Positions 10,014 to 21,900 of a stretch of 53,282 nt of DNA are shown in pieces. Numbering within the stretch: the first letter of the stretch is position 1; every line of letters begins with the position of its first letter. This DNA is from Chara braunii (lineage: Eukaryota > Plantae > Charophyceae). The position numbers were made by a program, and so were the translations under genes. The notes below the pieces were generated by a model. It saw nothing but the letters and a program-made list of their open reading frames with translations, searched no databases and had not been told where the DNA came from. The stretch is from assembly GCA_003427395.1 (NCBI GenBank), contig BFEA01000016.1, positions 3,984,377 to 4,037,658 on the forward strand. The letters are read 5' to 3'.

Positions 10014-12830
10014 ACGACGTGCGAACAAACGTTATTAGCAGAGTTGCGTGGGATTCCATCATCCAGCCCAAAGCCACAGGGGGCCTGGAGATCGTAGACC
10101 CGGCTACATAGGTACAAGCCATGCGGCTCCAGTGGCTTAAAAAACTCATTCTTACCTTAGAGAGCCCGTGGAAAGTCTTGGCGTTGGAACACCTGGCTAG
10201 GCTGGCCCCGACAACCCACCCCGAAATACATCCCTTGACCTGGTTAGAGGAATGGTACTGGACCATACCTCGAAAATGGTAGACGGGGGGAGGACACGGG
10301 AAAGACGCTATGGACCAGTTATGACCCTCCTTACTCAAGACCTGCCGGAAACTCCCCCTTCCTGATAAGCAACCTCTAGAAAGATGGGAAAAAGTCTACC
10401 GTCAACCCCTCTTCGGGAATCGTTGGCTGGTCGATAGACACGGGCAGGTAAAGTGCAGTACGGCATCCCCCTACAAAGGATGGGTGAAGAATGGGGTAAC
10501 CCGGATAGGGGACCTATAATGGGACTCATACCTGAGGAGATGGAGAACAGGGGAGGAGTTGCGTAGCCGGCTAAAGTACTGTCACCTCACTGAGGCGAAC
10601 GTGGAGGAGTTACTGAAAACTGTTCCCTTGGCATGGTATAGAACCCTCAGAAAAGGCCCGGAGTTTAGACAGGGAGACTGGGTGGCCAGCAAAGGGGAGA
10701 CGGGATGCATAGGAATGATCCACAAAGTCAAAATCCAAGATGTACTAATTGAATGGTACACAGTTCGTAAGATGGGGTATTGCAGGTGAGCCACGACCCC
10801 TTCGAATGAAAGGATACAACTATTATCTTTAGGATCAGGGTGTTGGGGGAAGGGGAGGAGGCGGTCGCTTTCCAGCCAGACATCGACATCCAACACCTGG
10901 CCCTAGATCCACTGAAGTGGAGGTGGACTTCAGCCACACACAGAACAAATCCCCCCCGCTATATCTATCTGCAAAAAACATAGGATTCGTGAAAACCTAA
11001 CAAAACAAATTGTTAGGTTTGCACAAAATCTATTCAAGATTATGATAGTACGTTTTTCAGGTCTCCTCCAGGAACAAAATTCTACGTGAAGTGAAACATC
11101 CGCAAAAAAAAGAACAGAAAATTAAGTTTTGAAAACTACTAGAGGGGCGAAGAAAAAAATGGTTTTTTTCATAGAAAATCACGACCTGGTGAAGCACCGT
11201 AGGTTCAAGAACTTAAATATCCTGATTTTTTGTTATAAAAAAAAAATTGTGTTTATAGTCCTATAAGATGTGTAGCACGATGAATTTATTCAGGGGTTTT
11301 TCGAACGCGCAAATATATTCTCCTGTTCGTGAATACGTTCGCTTGAACATGGTTTCCCATACATGGGCGAATATATTATTTTTTATTGTTTTTTTAAATT
11401 TTTTTCCCTATATTTTTATTTTAAACTCGTGTTTGGCTAAGAATTTCAAGGTGTCTCTGAGGCAAAAGTTGTTTGTATTCTTATTTTAAACGACATAGAT
11501 TTTTTGATAAGGGTTTTATTGTTAAGTTCAAAAGTGATTTATAGTCCTATAAATTATTTTGTGCAAAGCTTGACTTTTACCTAACTGCAGAAACTGACTT
11601 ATAGTCCTATAAATGAGTATTCACCAAAGCACGTTTTTTTTTTACATCTTTCAAGTTTGCCTTGTCATCCTTAAAAATTACCCTAATTGAACTATGTTTT
11701 TTTGCCAATTTACTGAGAATGACTTATAGTCATATAAAAACATTTTGCAAGGAAGGGTTTTCTTGCACATTTTGAGGAACGCTAGACTTTTCACCTGATT
11801 TTTTGCCTCCTTTATCACAAAACGATTAAAAACGCTCTCTTTTTGTGTAAAAAATAACAGTTTGACTTTTACTTTTTCATTCTATAAGAAATGCCAGATT
11901 TTCTCCGATTGTGAGGTTTTCACGAATCCCCTGTTACAAGCTCTCAGTCAAATCCACATATAGGCTGTTGAGGCCCAAACGCCCACAAAGAGATGTAATA
12001 ATTGATGGATGGGTCAAACATCTCAAAGTAGAGAGGAGCATGCTCACATCGATTCGGTGGTTTAAGGAGGCCGCCTAAGATCTGCTCCCTACAATGGCAG
12101 ATTGCACATCGCTGTCTACCCACTATGGATTGGCTCATAAACCATACGAACCTCGAACAGAAAGGTCAGTCAGTGCCCTGGTGTCCACGGCTAAGATCTC
12201 CTTCCCCGTACAGAAGAAGACCGAAACTATAGAACACATTTTTATGCAATGCCCTGCAGCGCAGCTCATGTGGCGCTGGTGGGATAGGATATTGAGAAAT
12301 ATGATACCAGACCCTGCATGGCCATGGTCCTGGAGAGCCATCTTAACGGGTTATTGGCCACATGTGCAGAAAGAACCACCCTTCGTGGAAGACATGTATA
12401 GGCTGGGACGCAGGGCAATACTGTGGGGACTTTGGTGGCAACGCTGCTTAATGGCGCTCGAGGGGGTCCGGGTGGAGGGAACAGAGATAACTGACCAAAT
12501 CCTGCAACAGGTTCAAATGGAGATAATGAGGAGATGGCAGAAATTAAAGACCATGCTAGATCTTCTACAAATGACGAGGGACATTGAGCGAGCCATCACC
12601 TCCTTTTGCACCAACTGGCTAGGAGGTGTTAGAGGAGGTTGGATAACTAGAGTGGAATGGACCGGCAGAAAGGAAGGGACCCAACAACAGGAGAGGATGG
12701 AGTCACAAAATTACCGGTTGTTGTTTAATGATTGGACGACGATAGAACCCTCCTTCCCTCTACGTCCTCCACAGACTTCCCTGACCCCTTCCCCCCACAC
12801 CCACTTGCCCTTGCTGAGATTCCTGAGTGA
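10014..12830 (+). pseudogene. LINE ORF2 C-terminal remnant (post-RT region, zf-RVT-type zinc knuckle)
   Basis: PKATGGLEIVDP, VKSTYRLLRPK, ETIEHIFMQC, ILWGLWWQRC, DFPDPFPP; stops, frameshifts and an insertion at 10979-11933. Confidence 0.9.
10979..11933. mobile_element. Non-autonomous DNA transposon (hAT-like termini) inserted in LINE A
   Basis: TIR cataggattcgtgaaaacctaacaa / ttgtgaggttttcacgaatcccctg; AT-rich interior with 4 copies of ttatagtc(c/a)tataa; LINE coding sequence resumes on both sides. Confidence 0.8.
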
Positions 12831-13162
12831 CCCGACCCCTCCCCCCTCCTCGAGCCTGCGCACCATCTTCTTTGCTTGATTGCGCACTATCGTCCAAGGA
12901 TGGCCTTGCTTTCTGGTGGGCCTCTAGGAAGCAAGGATCGAGTGATTTGTTTTTGGTTACACGTGCTCCTGTTTTACAAATACACAGTAGGAAATATGAT
13001 AATGCAGTCTGGAGGGTAGGCAGGGGAAAGACCCCAGTGCGAAGAGGTTTTTCTTCTCTCTTCCTTTCTCAATGTTGGCAGACTCCTCAGTCAACTTCTC
13101 TGATATCTTCTTCAGATATCTTCTGATATCTTCCTGAGCCATCTGGAATTCCTTCTGTATAT

Positions 13163-13292
13163 GGGATGCTGGACCCGTTTTCCAGCAGGGGATGCTCCCT
13201 ACCAACAGATGGAGTCTCTCCTCGGGTGCTAGCGGTGTTTGTTTCTATAAGCACCACTAGCACTGCAGGGGGGGTTAAAAAAAAAAAAAAAA
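13163..13292 (+). mobile_element. Additional LINE-type 3' module and poly(A) inside the 3' UTR of A
   Basis: All three hairpins present, then A16; 5' limit and TSD not resolved. Confidence 0.8.
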
Positions 13293-14221
13293 GAGGTAGT
13301 CAATGTAGTCAATGCTGGTTACAGCGGCCGATTCCGTATTGAAGGGCGGCGGAGCGCTACCGGGAGCGTTCCGCCGCCGTCTGATGCTTGGGCGTAGCGG
13401 CGCTTCTCGATGGAGGTTGGAATTGAGGAACGGCCGAGGCGCTGCAACGGCGAATGCGACGCAAGGGGGAGGTGAGAGATGGATCGTGAGGTATGGTGGT
13501 GTGGGTTATTGGCGCCTGAACGAGTGGATGGTCACGAGGGCTGTGTATCCTACATCAAGGTCGTGGTCGAGAGGAGAAATATCACGGCAGGGAGTTAAGG
13601 GGAGGGGGATAGGGTTTTATGGTTTTGTGGAAGAGAGTTATAAGGAAGAAGGGAGGAGGAGGAGTGTGGGGGAAGGGTTTCCATAGGTGGGTGATGTCTG
13701 CAATGAGGATACCCCCTCATCTCTTTGGGCTACCCGCGAGGGGCGGCTGGCGGGTTCAGCGGTCTGGTCTCTCGACGTGGCTGGGTATGCTGCGACGACA
13801 ATCATAGCTGCGGTCCTGTTGTCATCATTGTTCGGTCTTTTCGGATGGTTGAACGCTTGTCAATCACAGGTGGCCGAGTTGCGCGAGTGCCGATGTATTC
13901 GAGGAGGTGAGGTTTGGAGGGAGGGGGTGTGTGTTTAAGGATGTAAAAGGTAAGTGGTGTTTTCCTCTTCGGTTGACCTTGATGAGATTTCTAGGGTGGA
14001 GACTCTCCTATAGTGTTTTACCTACTAGGTTTTCAAACATAGAATCTTCGATAGGTCATGCATATAAAACTGATAATTCTGATCCCGTAAATTCTTAGTT
14101 CTGTTTTTGAAATGGAATTTCTGACAAAAATCGATGGGTAGTTCGCAATTGTCATTGATTTGTGCTAGACTTTAGATTCCTTTGTTCTTTTCACATATAT
14201 TTTATCGCTGCTTTGTTGCTG

Positions 14222-14358
14222 CTAATTGGTATCCCTTGACTTACCATAAAAAACGATTCTTGGGACCTTGGGGTCCTATGAATCTGAATCTAATTGGTAT
14301 CCCTTGACTTACCATCAAAACAATTTTTGGGACCTTGGGGTCCTACGAATCTGAATCG
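14222..14358. repeat. ~69 bp tandem duplication inside E2
   Basis: ctaattggtatcccttgacttaccat...gggaccttggggtccta(t/c)gaatctgaat occurs twice. Confidence 0.9.
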
Positions 14359-15140
14359 AAAGTTGAGTCCTTTGGACATCACAGATGATTCACTCATTTG
14401 GTTTCAATTTCCATTCGAAGCCATTCTTCATGTGGAATTTAATTTCTAGATTTGTCATTCCTTTTCATTCTAAAATTCTAAAAGATGGTTAAGATAGAAT
14501 TCTTGAAATTCGGTTTTGATTACCTTTTTCCAAACTTAGGCCTCTGAAGAAATTCTTAGGGGTGTGAAGTTGGGATTGGGGATGGAAGGCAGTAAGGGGT
14601 TCTCAACAGAGGGGGGCCGTTGGTCAGGGTAAGTAGGCTAGAAGGACGGTGCTGGGACGACTCAGGCTGGTGCTGGAGCTTGTGCTCTGTGACCCGGGGG
14701 GAGCTTGAGGCCTGCGAAGTTATGCTGAGTGCATAACCAGACCATCCAACGAGGCTGGCGCCGGGGTTTTGACCCTGTAACCGGTTAGGGGCTTGCCGCT
14801 ACAGGAATTGCCGAGGGAGGAAGGCACTTCCTGACCGTTGGAATGAGTTTGGTCGGTAATGGGGAGGGTTGTGGTGCCCTGTTACCCTAGCAAAGAGGGG
14901 GTATGAGATCAAGTGAGTTTTGGTACGAAGACTGAAAGCCTGGACTGACACTTCGTCTGCTGAGGGGGGATTTTTGGATAGTAGGCGTTTTAGCTTCCCC
15001 CCCCCGTTCTCATAAAGTTTATAAATCTTAAAAATATTACGTCGTTTGGTAGTCCTAGATGGTCTTCAGGACTGTGAGATTCTTGCTAACTCATCCTGAG
15101 GTGGTTTCGAGATTGTTATACTCAGTGATTTGCAGTTGTC

Positions 15141-16082
15141 CGATGCCAGAACGACGCTGGCCGGTGCTGGGGATTTGCCCTGTAACCTGCAACGTGGGAG
15201 CATGAGGCCTGATAGAGAGATCTGGGGATGCTTTGGGGTGGGCATTCCACGGGACATCCAAGGGTTACTGTCGGGATGACGCTGGTCGGAGCTGGGGTGA
15301 GTCGTGTTGCCCTGTAACCCAGCGAGATATGGGTGGGAGACCTGGAAGAGCTCGGCAGGGAGTAAGACAGTTTTGGAGGACTTCAGAAGGATGCGTGAGG
15401 GACTTCAATGGTTTCTGGATCATTGCAGGACCCCTGCGGCCTATTCTTATGTTTTTTTCTACTGTATTGTGTTCTTACGTTAAGAAGATAATAAGGTGAG
15501 TGAGAGAAGGAAATGGTGGGATATCACGCGTTCTATCCGTGAGGGGGCTAGCTGGTAGGATGGGAGTATGGTACAGCAGCAGCAGAGATGGTGGCTCTGT
15601 TGCAGTTAGTCTTGTCGGAGGGAGGCGTAGAGGTGTGATGGGGGGTTCCTCTGAGTCGATTTCCGAATTTTGTTGTAGTCACTGCAAAAAAATTCTTAAT
15701 CTGGCCCTAATTTCTATGCCAATTTCGAAATGTTTCTGGATACTTTTGGTAGTCTTGAGAATTTTTTAGGACCTTGGGTACTCCTTGCAAAGCAGTCTAG
15801 GTTTCCTTGATGCTGTTTACTCATGGATCTGTTGGTTTTTCGATGCCAGAATGACGCTGGCCGGTGCTGGGGGATTGCCCTGTAACCTGTTAATAGCAGG
15901 AGCGTGAGGCCTGGTAGAGAGATCTGGGGATGCTTTGGGCTGGGCATTCCAAATTCCAAGGGAAAACCAAGGGTTGCTGTCGGGACGACGCTGGCCGGAG
16001 CTGGGGTGAGTCGTGTTGCCCTGTAACCTAACAGGGTGGGGGCATGAGGCCTGGGAGAGCTTGGCAGGGAGGAAGACAGTAT
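15141..16082. repeat. ~235 bp internal direct repeat in E2 (15141-15372 and 15841-16082)
   Basis: Both units start cgatgccagaa(c/t)gacgctggccggtgctgggg and end ggcagggag(t/g)aagacagt. Confidence 0.9.
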
Positions 16083-18968
16083 TAGAGAATTTTAGAGTGT
16101 TTTTTGTGGGGGGCTTCCAGGGNTTCTGAGCATTCGAAGGACTTCCACTAATTGCTGTTTGGATTTTTCTAGTAGTTCCTTGTCTATTTTCATGGAATTT
16201 TCTGATGATGGGACGCTGGGCCCGGTTCCCAGTTTGTGCCAAATTGAGAGGATATGGTTGTATCTATGGGACGCTGGACCCGGTTTCCAGCAGGTGTTGC
16301 TCCCCACCAATAGATGGAGCTGTTTAAAAAAAAAAAAAAATAAAAAAAAAATGTAGTCAATGCTGACCTTTTGAGTATTCTAGAAGCAACTGAGCATGAG
16401 GGTTCTGCATGCAACTCCCCTGATTAGTATCAGTCCCAAGCGGTCTATCTGACACCCTTTTATTAGGGTGAAGAGATACAAGAAGGGATTGGCTGCCCTG
16501 CATGCTCACACAAGGCTACTCTACTGGATATTCCCCTGGGTTTCAGGGCAATCAATGCTGGCAGACTCCATAGCCACTATAGCCACTATTCTCATAGGGT
16601 CTGCTCAGTCAATCCCCTGTTGTGCAGGGTAATCAATGCTGGCAGATCTCACAAGTCACTGTTTTCACCTTCTCAAGATGTTTTTCTTTCAAGGGACGCT
16701 GGACCCGTTTTCCAGCTCCCCACTAATAGATGGAGCCTCTCCCCAGGTGTTAGTGGTGCCTGCTCTTACTAGCAGCACTAACACCGGTGGGGGTGTTTAA
16801 AAAAAAAAAAAAAAAAGAGAGATTACAGTCGGTCTTCTTGGTCACTAACCTTGTTTCTCATGTGAGGAACGCCGGACCTGGTTTCCAGCTTTTATAATGC
16901 GATGGCAACCATGGTATGAACCTGGCCGGAGTGCATGGATCATACCCGGAAGGTTGCCCTTAAAAAAAAAAAGAAAAAAAAAGAAGAAGTTTGAGTTGTG
17001 TTTCTTTTTCTTTTTTTCTTTTTTTTTTAATCCGTGGGGAATATAAAAGTGCTGAGGGAAGTGAAGAGTTTACCGAAGACATCAATTATGGTAAGAGGTG
17101 ACAACAAGAGACTCGCCGAAGAGGGACATCGACAGCCTCAGGATCCCTCTCCAATCGTGCACAGAATCTGTGTGTAGTCCCGGTAAACCGCAGTAATCAA
17201 TCCGAGGAGCAGTTGTGACTGAAGGCCGTCTCGAAATTCATAACAGACTGAATCTTCACGATTGGGGGTATGGACATTGCCGGCGACGATATCAATAAAA
17301 CCATCTCCTCAATCCCACAGAGCCATGTCCATCTTCCCGTACCATAAGCAAGCTATCCCTCAACCCCCATCTTTCCAATTGCGAAAGCAATACTTCAACT
17401 ATCCAGCTTCCGCAGCGAAGCCACGATATCAACGATGTTGCGGCCGAAACCCGATATATTGCAGCGCTCGATCCTCGCCGTCCGATCGTCCCCACAGTAG
17501 TCACTCTTTTTTTTTTATAACAAAACAACCCCCGCCAGTGATAGTGGTGCTGGTAAGAGCAGACATCACTAGCACCTGGGGAGCAGCTCCATCTATTGGT
17601 GGAGAGCATCACCTGCTGGAAAACGGGTCCAGCGTCCCATATACAGATCGTAACAGAATATGCGAATGTGTAGAAAGCCTGCCAGCATTGATTACCCTGG
17701 GGTCCAGGGGATAGACTGAGCAGGTTATTCGGGGCGAAGGGGGGGAGAGAATCTCCTCACCCAAAACTGGCGCCAGATCTCTGCTTCTACATGCTAATTC
17801 TTCCCTCCCCTCACACAAATCAAAAAATTGTTTTACACATAGAAACTCTGTTCCACTAAGCACAGTGACTCCGGTGACTGGCATGCAATGGAGGGGGGAT
17901 GGGGAGCCGGAGAAGGCATCTGGCAGACAGCATGTCCTGGTGTGGACCAGAGAGTCCGGTGTCTGGGTGAGTCTGGCTGCCCCTGTCTGGAAGCGGGCAC
18001 AACTTGCAAACTTGCAACTTTGCTCTGAGGCTGTGCTGGCATGTTGGAGCTCCTGCTGGCTTTTACTTCACTAACTTACCATGACTTGCAATAAAAGAGA
18101 CTGTAATGTGCTGAGGCTTTAGGGGTTAGGGGGTTAGATTGTACTCCCCAAAACCCNNNNNNNNNNNNNNNNNNNNNNNNNNNNNNNNNNNNNNNNNNNN
18201 NNNNNNNNNNNNNNNNNNNNNNNNNNNNNNNNNNNNNNNNNNNNNNNNNNNNNNNNNNNNNNNNNNNNNNNNNNNNNNNNNNNNNNNNNNNNNNNNNNNN
18301 NNNNNNNNNNNNNNNNNNNNNNNNNNNNNNNNNNNNNNNNNNNNNNNNNNNNNNNNNNNNNNNNNNNNNNNNNNNNNNNNNNNNNNNNNNNNNNNNNNNN
18401 NNNNNNNNNNNNNNNNNNNNNNNNNNNNNNNNNNNNNNNNNNNNNNNNNNNNNNNNNNNNNNNNNNNNNNNNNNNNNNNNNNNNNNNNNNNNNNNNNNNN
18501 NNNNNNNNNNNNNNNNNNNNNNNNNNNNNNNNNNNNNNNNNNNNNNNNNNNNNNNNNNNNNNNNNNNNNNNNNNNNNNNNNNNNNNNNNNNNNNNNNNNN
18601 NNNNNNNNNNNNNNNNNNNNNNNNNNNNNNNNNNNNNNNNNNNNNNNNNNNTTTGAATAGTTTCCATATATTAGAATTGCTGGAAAGCGGGTCCAGCGTC
18701 CCTTGACATATAATGATGAGTGATTGAAACCAAAGATGCTGGGAAACGGGCCCAGCGTCCCCTGTACCTCTTCACCCTCATCTGAGTCGCGCCAGATTCC
18801 TAGTCATAGATCTAGTACTAATTTGAATAAATGCTCCTGATAAAAGTGATGAATCACATGGAGGCTAAGTTAACCAGCTACTGTTCTGGTCTAACTTGCA
18901 GCAAAACCTAGTAAACATCTTTTTCCAAGGCACCCGGTGCTGAACCGGGTAGATAGAAATAGTATTTC

Positions 18969-21900
18969 CTATATACCATACCAAGAACTTGGAACTAGAG
19001 CAGATGCTGGGGGGGGGGAAGGATCAGGGAAATCTGACAATGGGCGCATAGGTACTGAAGCCTCACAAGAAGTCCAATCTTCAAAAACCAATTTATAGTC
19101 CCTTTTGAGCCCAGCATTATCACCATTCATTGCCCCATTCCAAACCACACTCCCAATTCTCCTTCCCTGGTTTCCACCCAACCACTTCCTTGTGAATTTT
19201 CGAAAATAATGCTGAATTTTGGTTTTATCTGAGAGAAATTGTACTTTTTCTTTTATTTGATCCCATTTTACCAAAATGTTTGTTTGAATTTGCTGTTTAA
19301 TAGTGTCTGTGAAGTCTGGGCCATCTAGCCTAGCCCCTTCCCATTCATAAGTACACCTCCTCATCCAAATAGCCCACATAACCGCTCTTCTCCCTATTCG
19401 GAACAGATTATCCACAAATTCCTCATTTCCTTCTACCAATTCTGGGTCCGAGTTCCAAGTTTCTAGAAGAATAACCTTCCATGCCCATGGCCATTTGACT
19501 TGTGGGACTAAATGTGACCAGATACGGTCTCACCACCTCCACAGCCAGACTGAACCCGGGCACTGCACAAAGATATGCTCTATGGTCTCCGGAGATATTC
19601 TACTTGGGAAAGCGGATTTACAAATTTTGCACCATCTTGCTGCTAATCCTTTTTGCTCTAAGGAGGATCTATCAATGAGCCAGTCATTGGTTGGAAGACA
19701 TCTATGTTCAATTTGTCATTGGAGAGAAGCTATTTTTGTTGGTTTGTCTTTGACTGTTTTGAACCAACGTATCGACCTCAGCTCCTCTTTACTTATATTA
19801 AGATGTTTCATCCACCTAGTAGAGACTCTATCTTTCAGATTGATTTTAGGGCGCAACATACGATATGCGATATGCTGATTTGACTTAGAGTGAATGAATA
19901 TTCCTCTTGAATGATTTGTTTTGACTTCCTTTTTTTTTCCACTGAACTCCATACCCAATTAGCCGGGTCAAGAGGGAGTTCCGAGATTGGGCAGTCCGAC
20001 TTGAAGGCTACCGAGGAGTCCTTGCTCCTGAAGACCCTTATCCTAAAGATGTGCTGAGCCTGCACCCATCTTGTTTCCCCTTGGCCTATCGAAACTGCAA
20101 TATTGTTCGAGGATAAAGAAAATATTTGTAAAAGAACTCTTTCATTTTGTTCATTGTCCAGAATTATGTTAATTTTCTGGGGGTTGGATCTTGATAGCTA
20201 CCTAATCATTCATCACAAATTTAGGGCCTCTCTTAAGAATACGAATCCATTCAAGTGGGATGAGTTCAATTATCTTTTCCAGAGATTCCATTTGATGATG
20301 ACAGTACCTAAGTTGCCTCCTAAGTTTTGGTGGAGCTATCCTATCCATGGTATTTTTATCTCATATGTCCTTAATCCTTATGACCCAATTTTTAACCCAT
20401 TCCCTCCAAGGTGAGTGCATGCAGTGGAGAACATATCCCTGGGAATCTCGAATCCATCTGTTATCAAAAAAAGGTTGCTGACACACTTTCTCCCACCTTT
20501 CTGGTGATAACTTGTCAGTTAGGGAAAGTTGTCTCCATGTTTTCATCATAGAGACAAAAAATGAATCATTCTTCAAATTTTGTCTAACCGCTTTCCTACT
20601 TGAAATCGTGGATGCAGTTGTTGGTTTAGAAATCCCCCTAGGAATAGTTCAGGAACGGTTCTCTAACCAAGTTAACGGGTCAATTCCCTCGGCCGTAGGA
20701 GGTGCTAGATGTTTAATTTGCTCCAACGCTAAAGGTGTCCATGGAGTCTGTGGGATGAATAGTAAATGTTGCAGCCATTGGATTGAAAGAGCCTTGGCCT
20801 GGGTTGAAGAATCAAGAATCCCCAAGCCACCACCCGCTTTCGGTTGGATAATAGACTGCCAAACTACACTGCTGATGATTCCTTTGTACTAATGATTTCC
20901 TTTTCATAGAAAGACAGTTAGTTTGTGCTGAAGAGATTTAAGGAAGTTTTTATCCATAGCCTAAATCCCTGACTTATACTAAATAGATACCAGAATTACA
21001 TTGTTGATGATCAATGACCGCCCAAAAATAGAGGTATGTTTATTCTTCTACATTTCAATTTTTGCCTGGGCAGGTTAGGAGATCCATTCATTATGATTCT
21101 TTGGTTTTCCTACAACAGATAGAGAAATTCCTAATACTCTTATAGGGGTATTTAAGGTTAACCACTTTATCCTTGGAACCTCTGGGGGTCTCCCTCCTTG
21201 ATGATGAATCCACCAACCAGTTGTTTTACTTCCCCAATTAACTTTCATGTCTGATAGGCGGCATAACCTATCCATCAAGTTCTGAATTTCTACCATGTTC
21301 TCATGAGTAGCATCAATCATAATGGAAAGGTTATCGGCAAATAGGGAGCAAACTGGAATTGCCTCCTCTGGTATACTAGTGATCTGTATTCGACGAATAT
21401 CCTTATGGTGTCGCAGGTTAGCCGCCAACGTCTCCATGATAATGACAAAGAGAAAAGGCGCCAACGGATCACCTTGACGAACAGATCTTTCTAGTGGAAT
21501 AAGAGGTGCCACATTATTATTAACCATAACCCTAGTGGTAGCATTCTGGTGTAGGATTCTCACCCATCTCCAAAAATTTGGACCAAAATTCATTTTTTCC
21601 AAACACTTATCCAAAAAAAGTCAATCCACATGGTCATTGACTTTTTCAAAATCAATAAATATGAAGGCCGCATTATGTTTGGATTGGCGAGATATTTTAA
21701 GGAATTCATTTACCAGAAAAATATTATCTTGAATATTTATGCCTGTTATAAATTCAGTTTGAGATGGATGAGTGATTTCTTGGATTATCCCAGACATCCT
21801 ATCTGCTAATGTTTTAGCTATGAGCTCATATACTACTGTGAGAAGGGTTATTGGTCGATAATTCCTTATGTTAGCCTCATCTCCTTTTTTATATAGTAGG

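Larger units (their letters stand above)
13318..16349 (+). mobile_element. Family E non-autonomous retroelement, copy E2 (3.03 kb, TSD-bounded)
   Basis: Perfect TSD aatgtagtcaatgctg at 13302-13317 and 16350-16365; LINE-type hairpins at 16210-16320; poly(A); no RT or EN motifs. Confidence 0.9.
10014..16819 (+). mobile_element. LINE copy A (L1/Tx1 clade), 5' truncated, with nested insertions
   Basis: ORF2 C-terminal remnant from TNVISRVAW; 3' module at 16693-16798 plus poly(A); candidate TSD agattacag(c/t)cg at 10002-10013 and 16820-16831. Confidence 0.8.
9647..16986 (+). mobile_element. Chimeric retro-insertion F (antisense U6 + ~420 bp retroelement tail + poly(A)), later split by LINE A
   Basis: TSD aagt(t)ttgagttgtgttt at 9629-9646 and 16987-17003; own sequence is 9647-10013 plus 16832-16986, with a family hairpin at 16866-16889 and an A tail from 16962. 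Confidence 0.75.

Noticed and set aside
13011-13302. TSD for the extra tail ending at 13292 (gagggtaggca vs gaggtagtca)
   Set aside because: Too weak to define a boundary
18116-18137. Telomere-like tttaggggttagggggttag next to a gap
   Set aside because: Only three imperfect units, lying within a LINE 3' UTR
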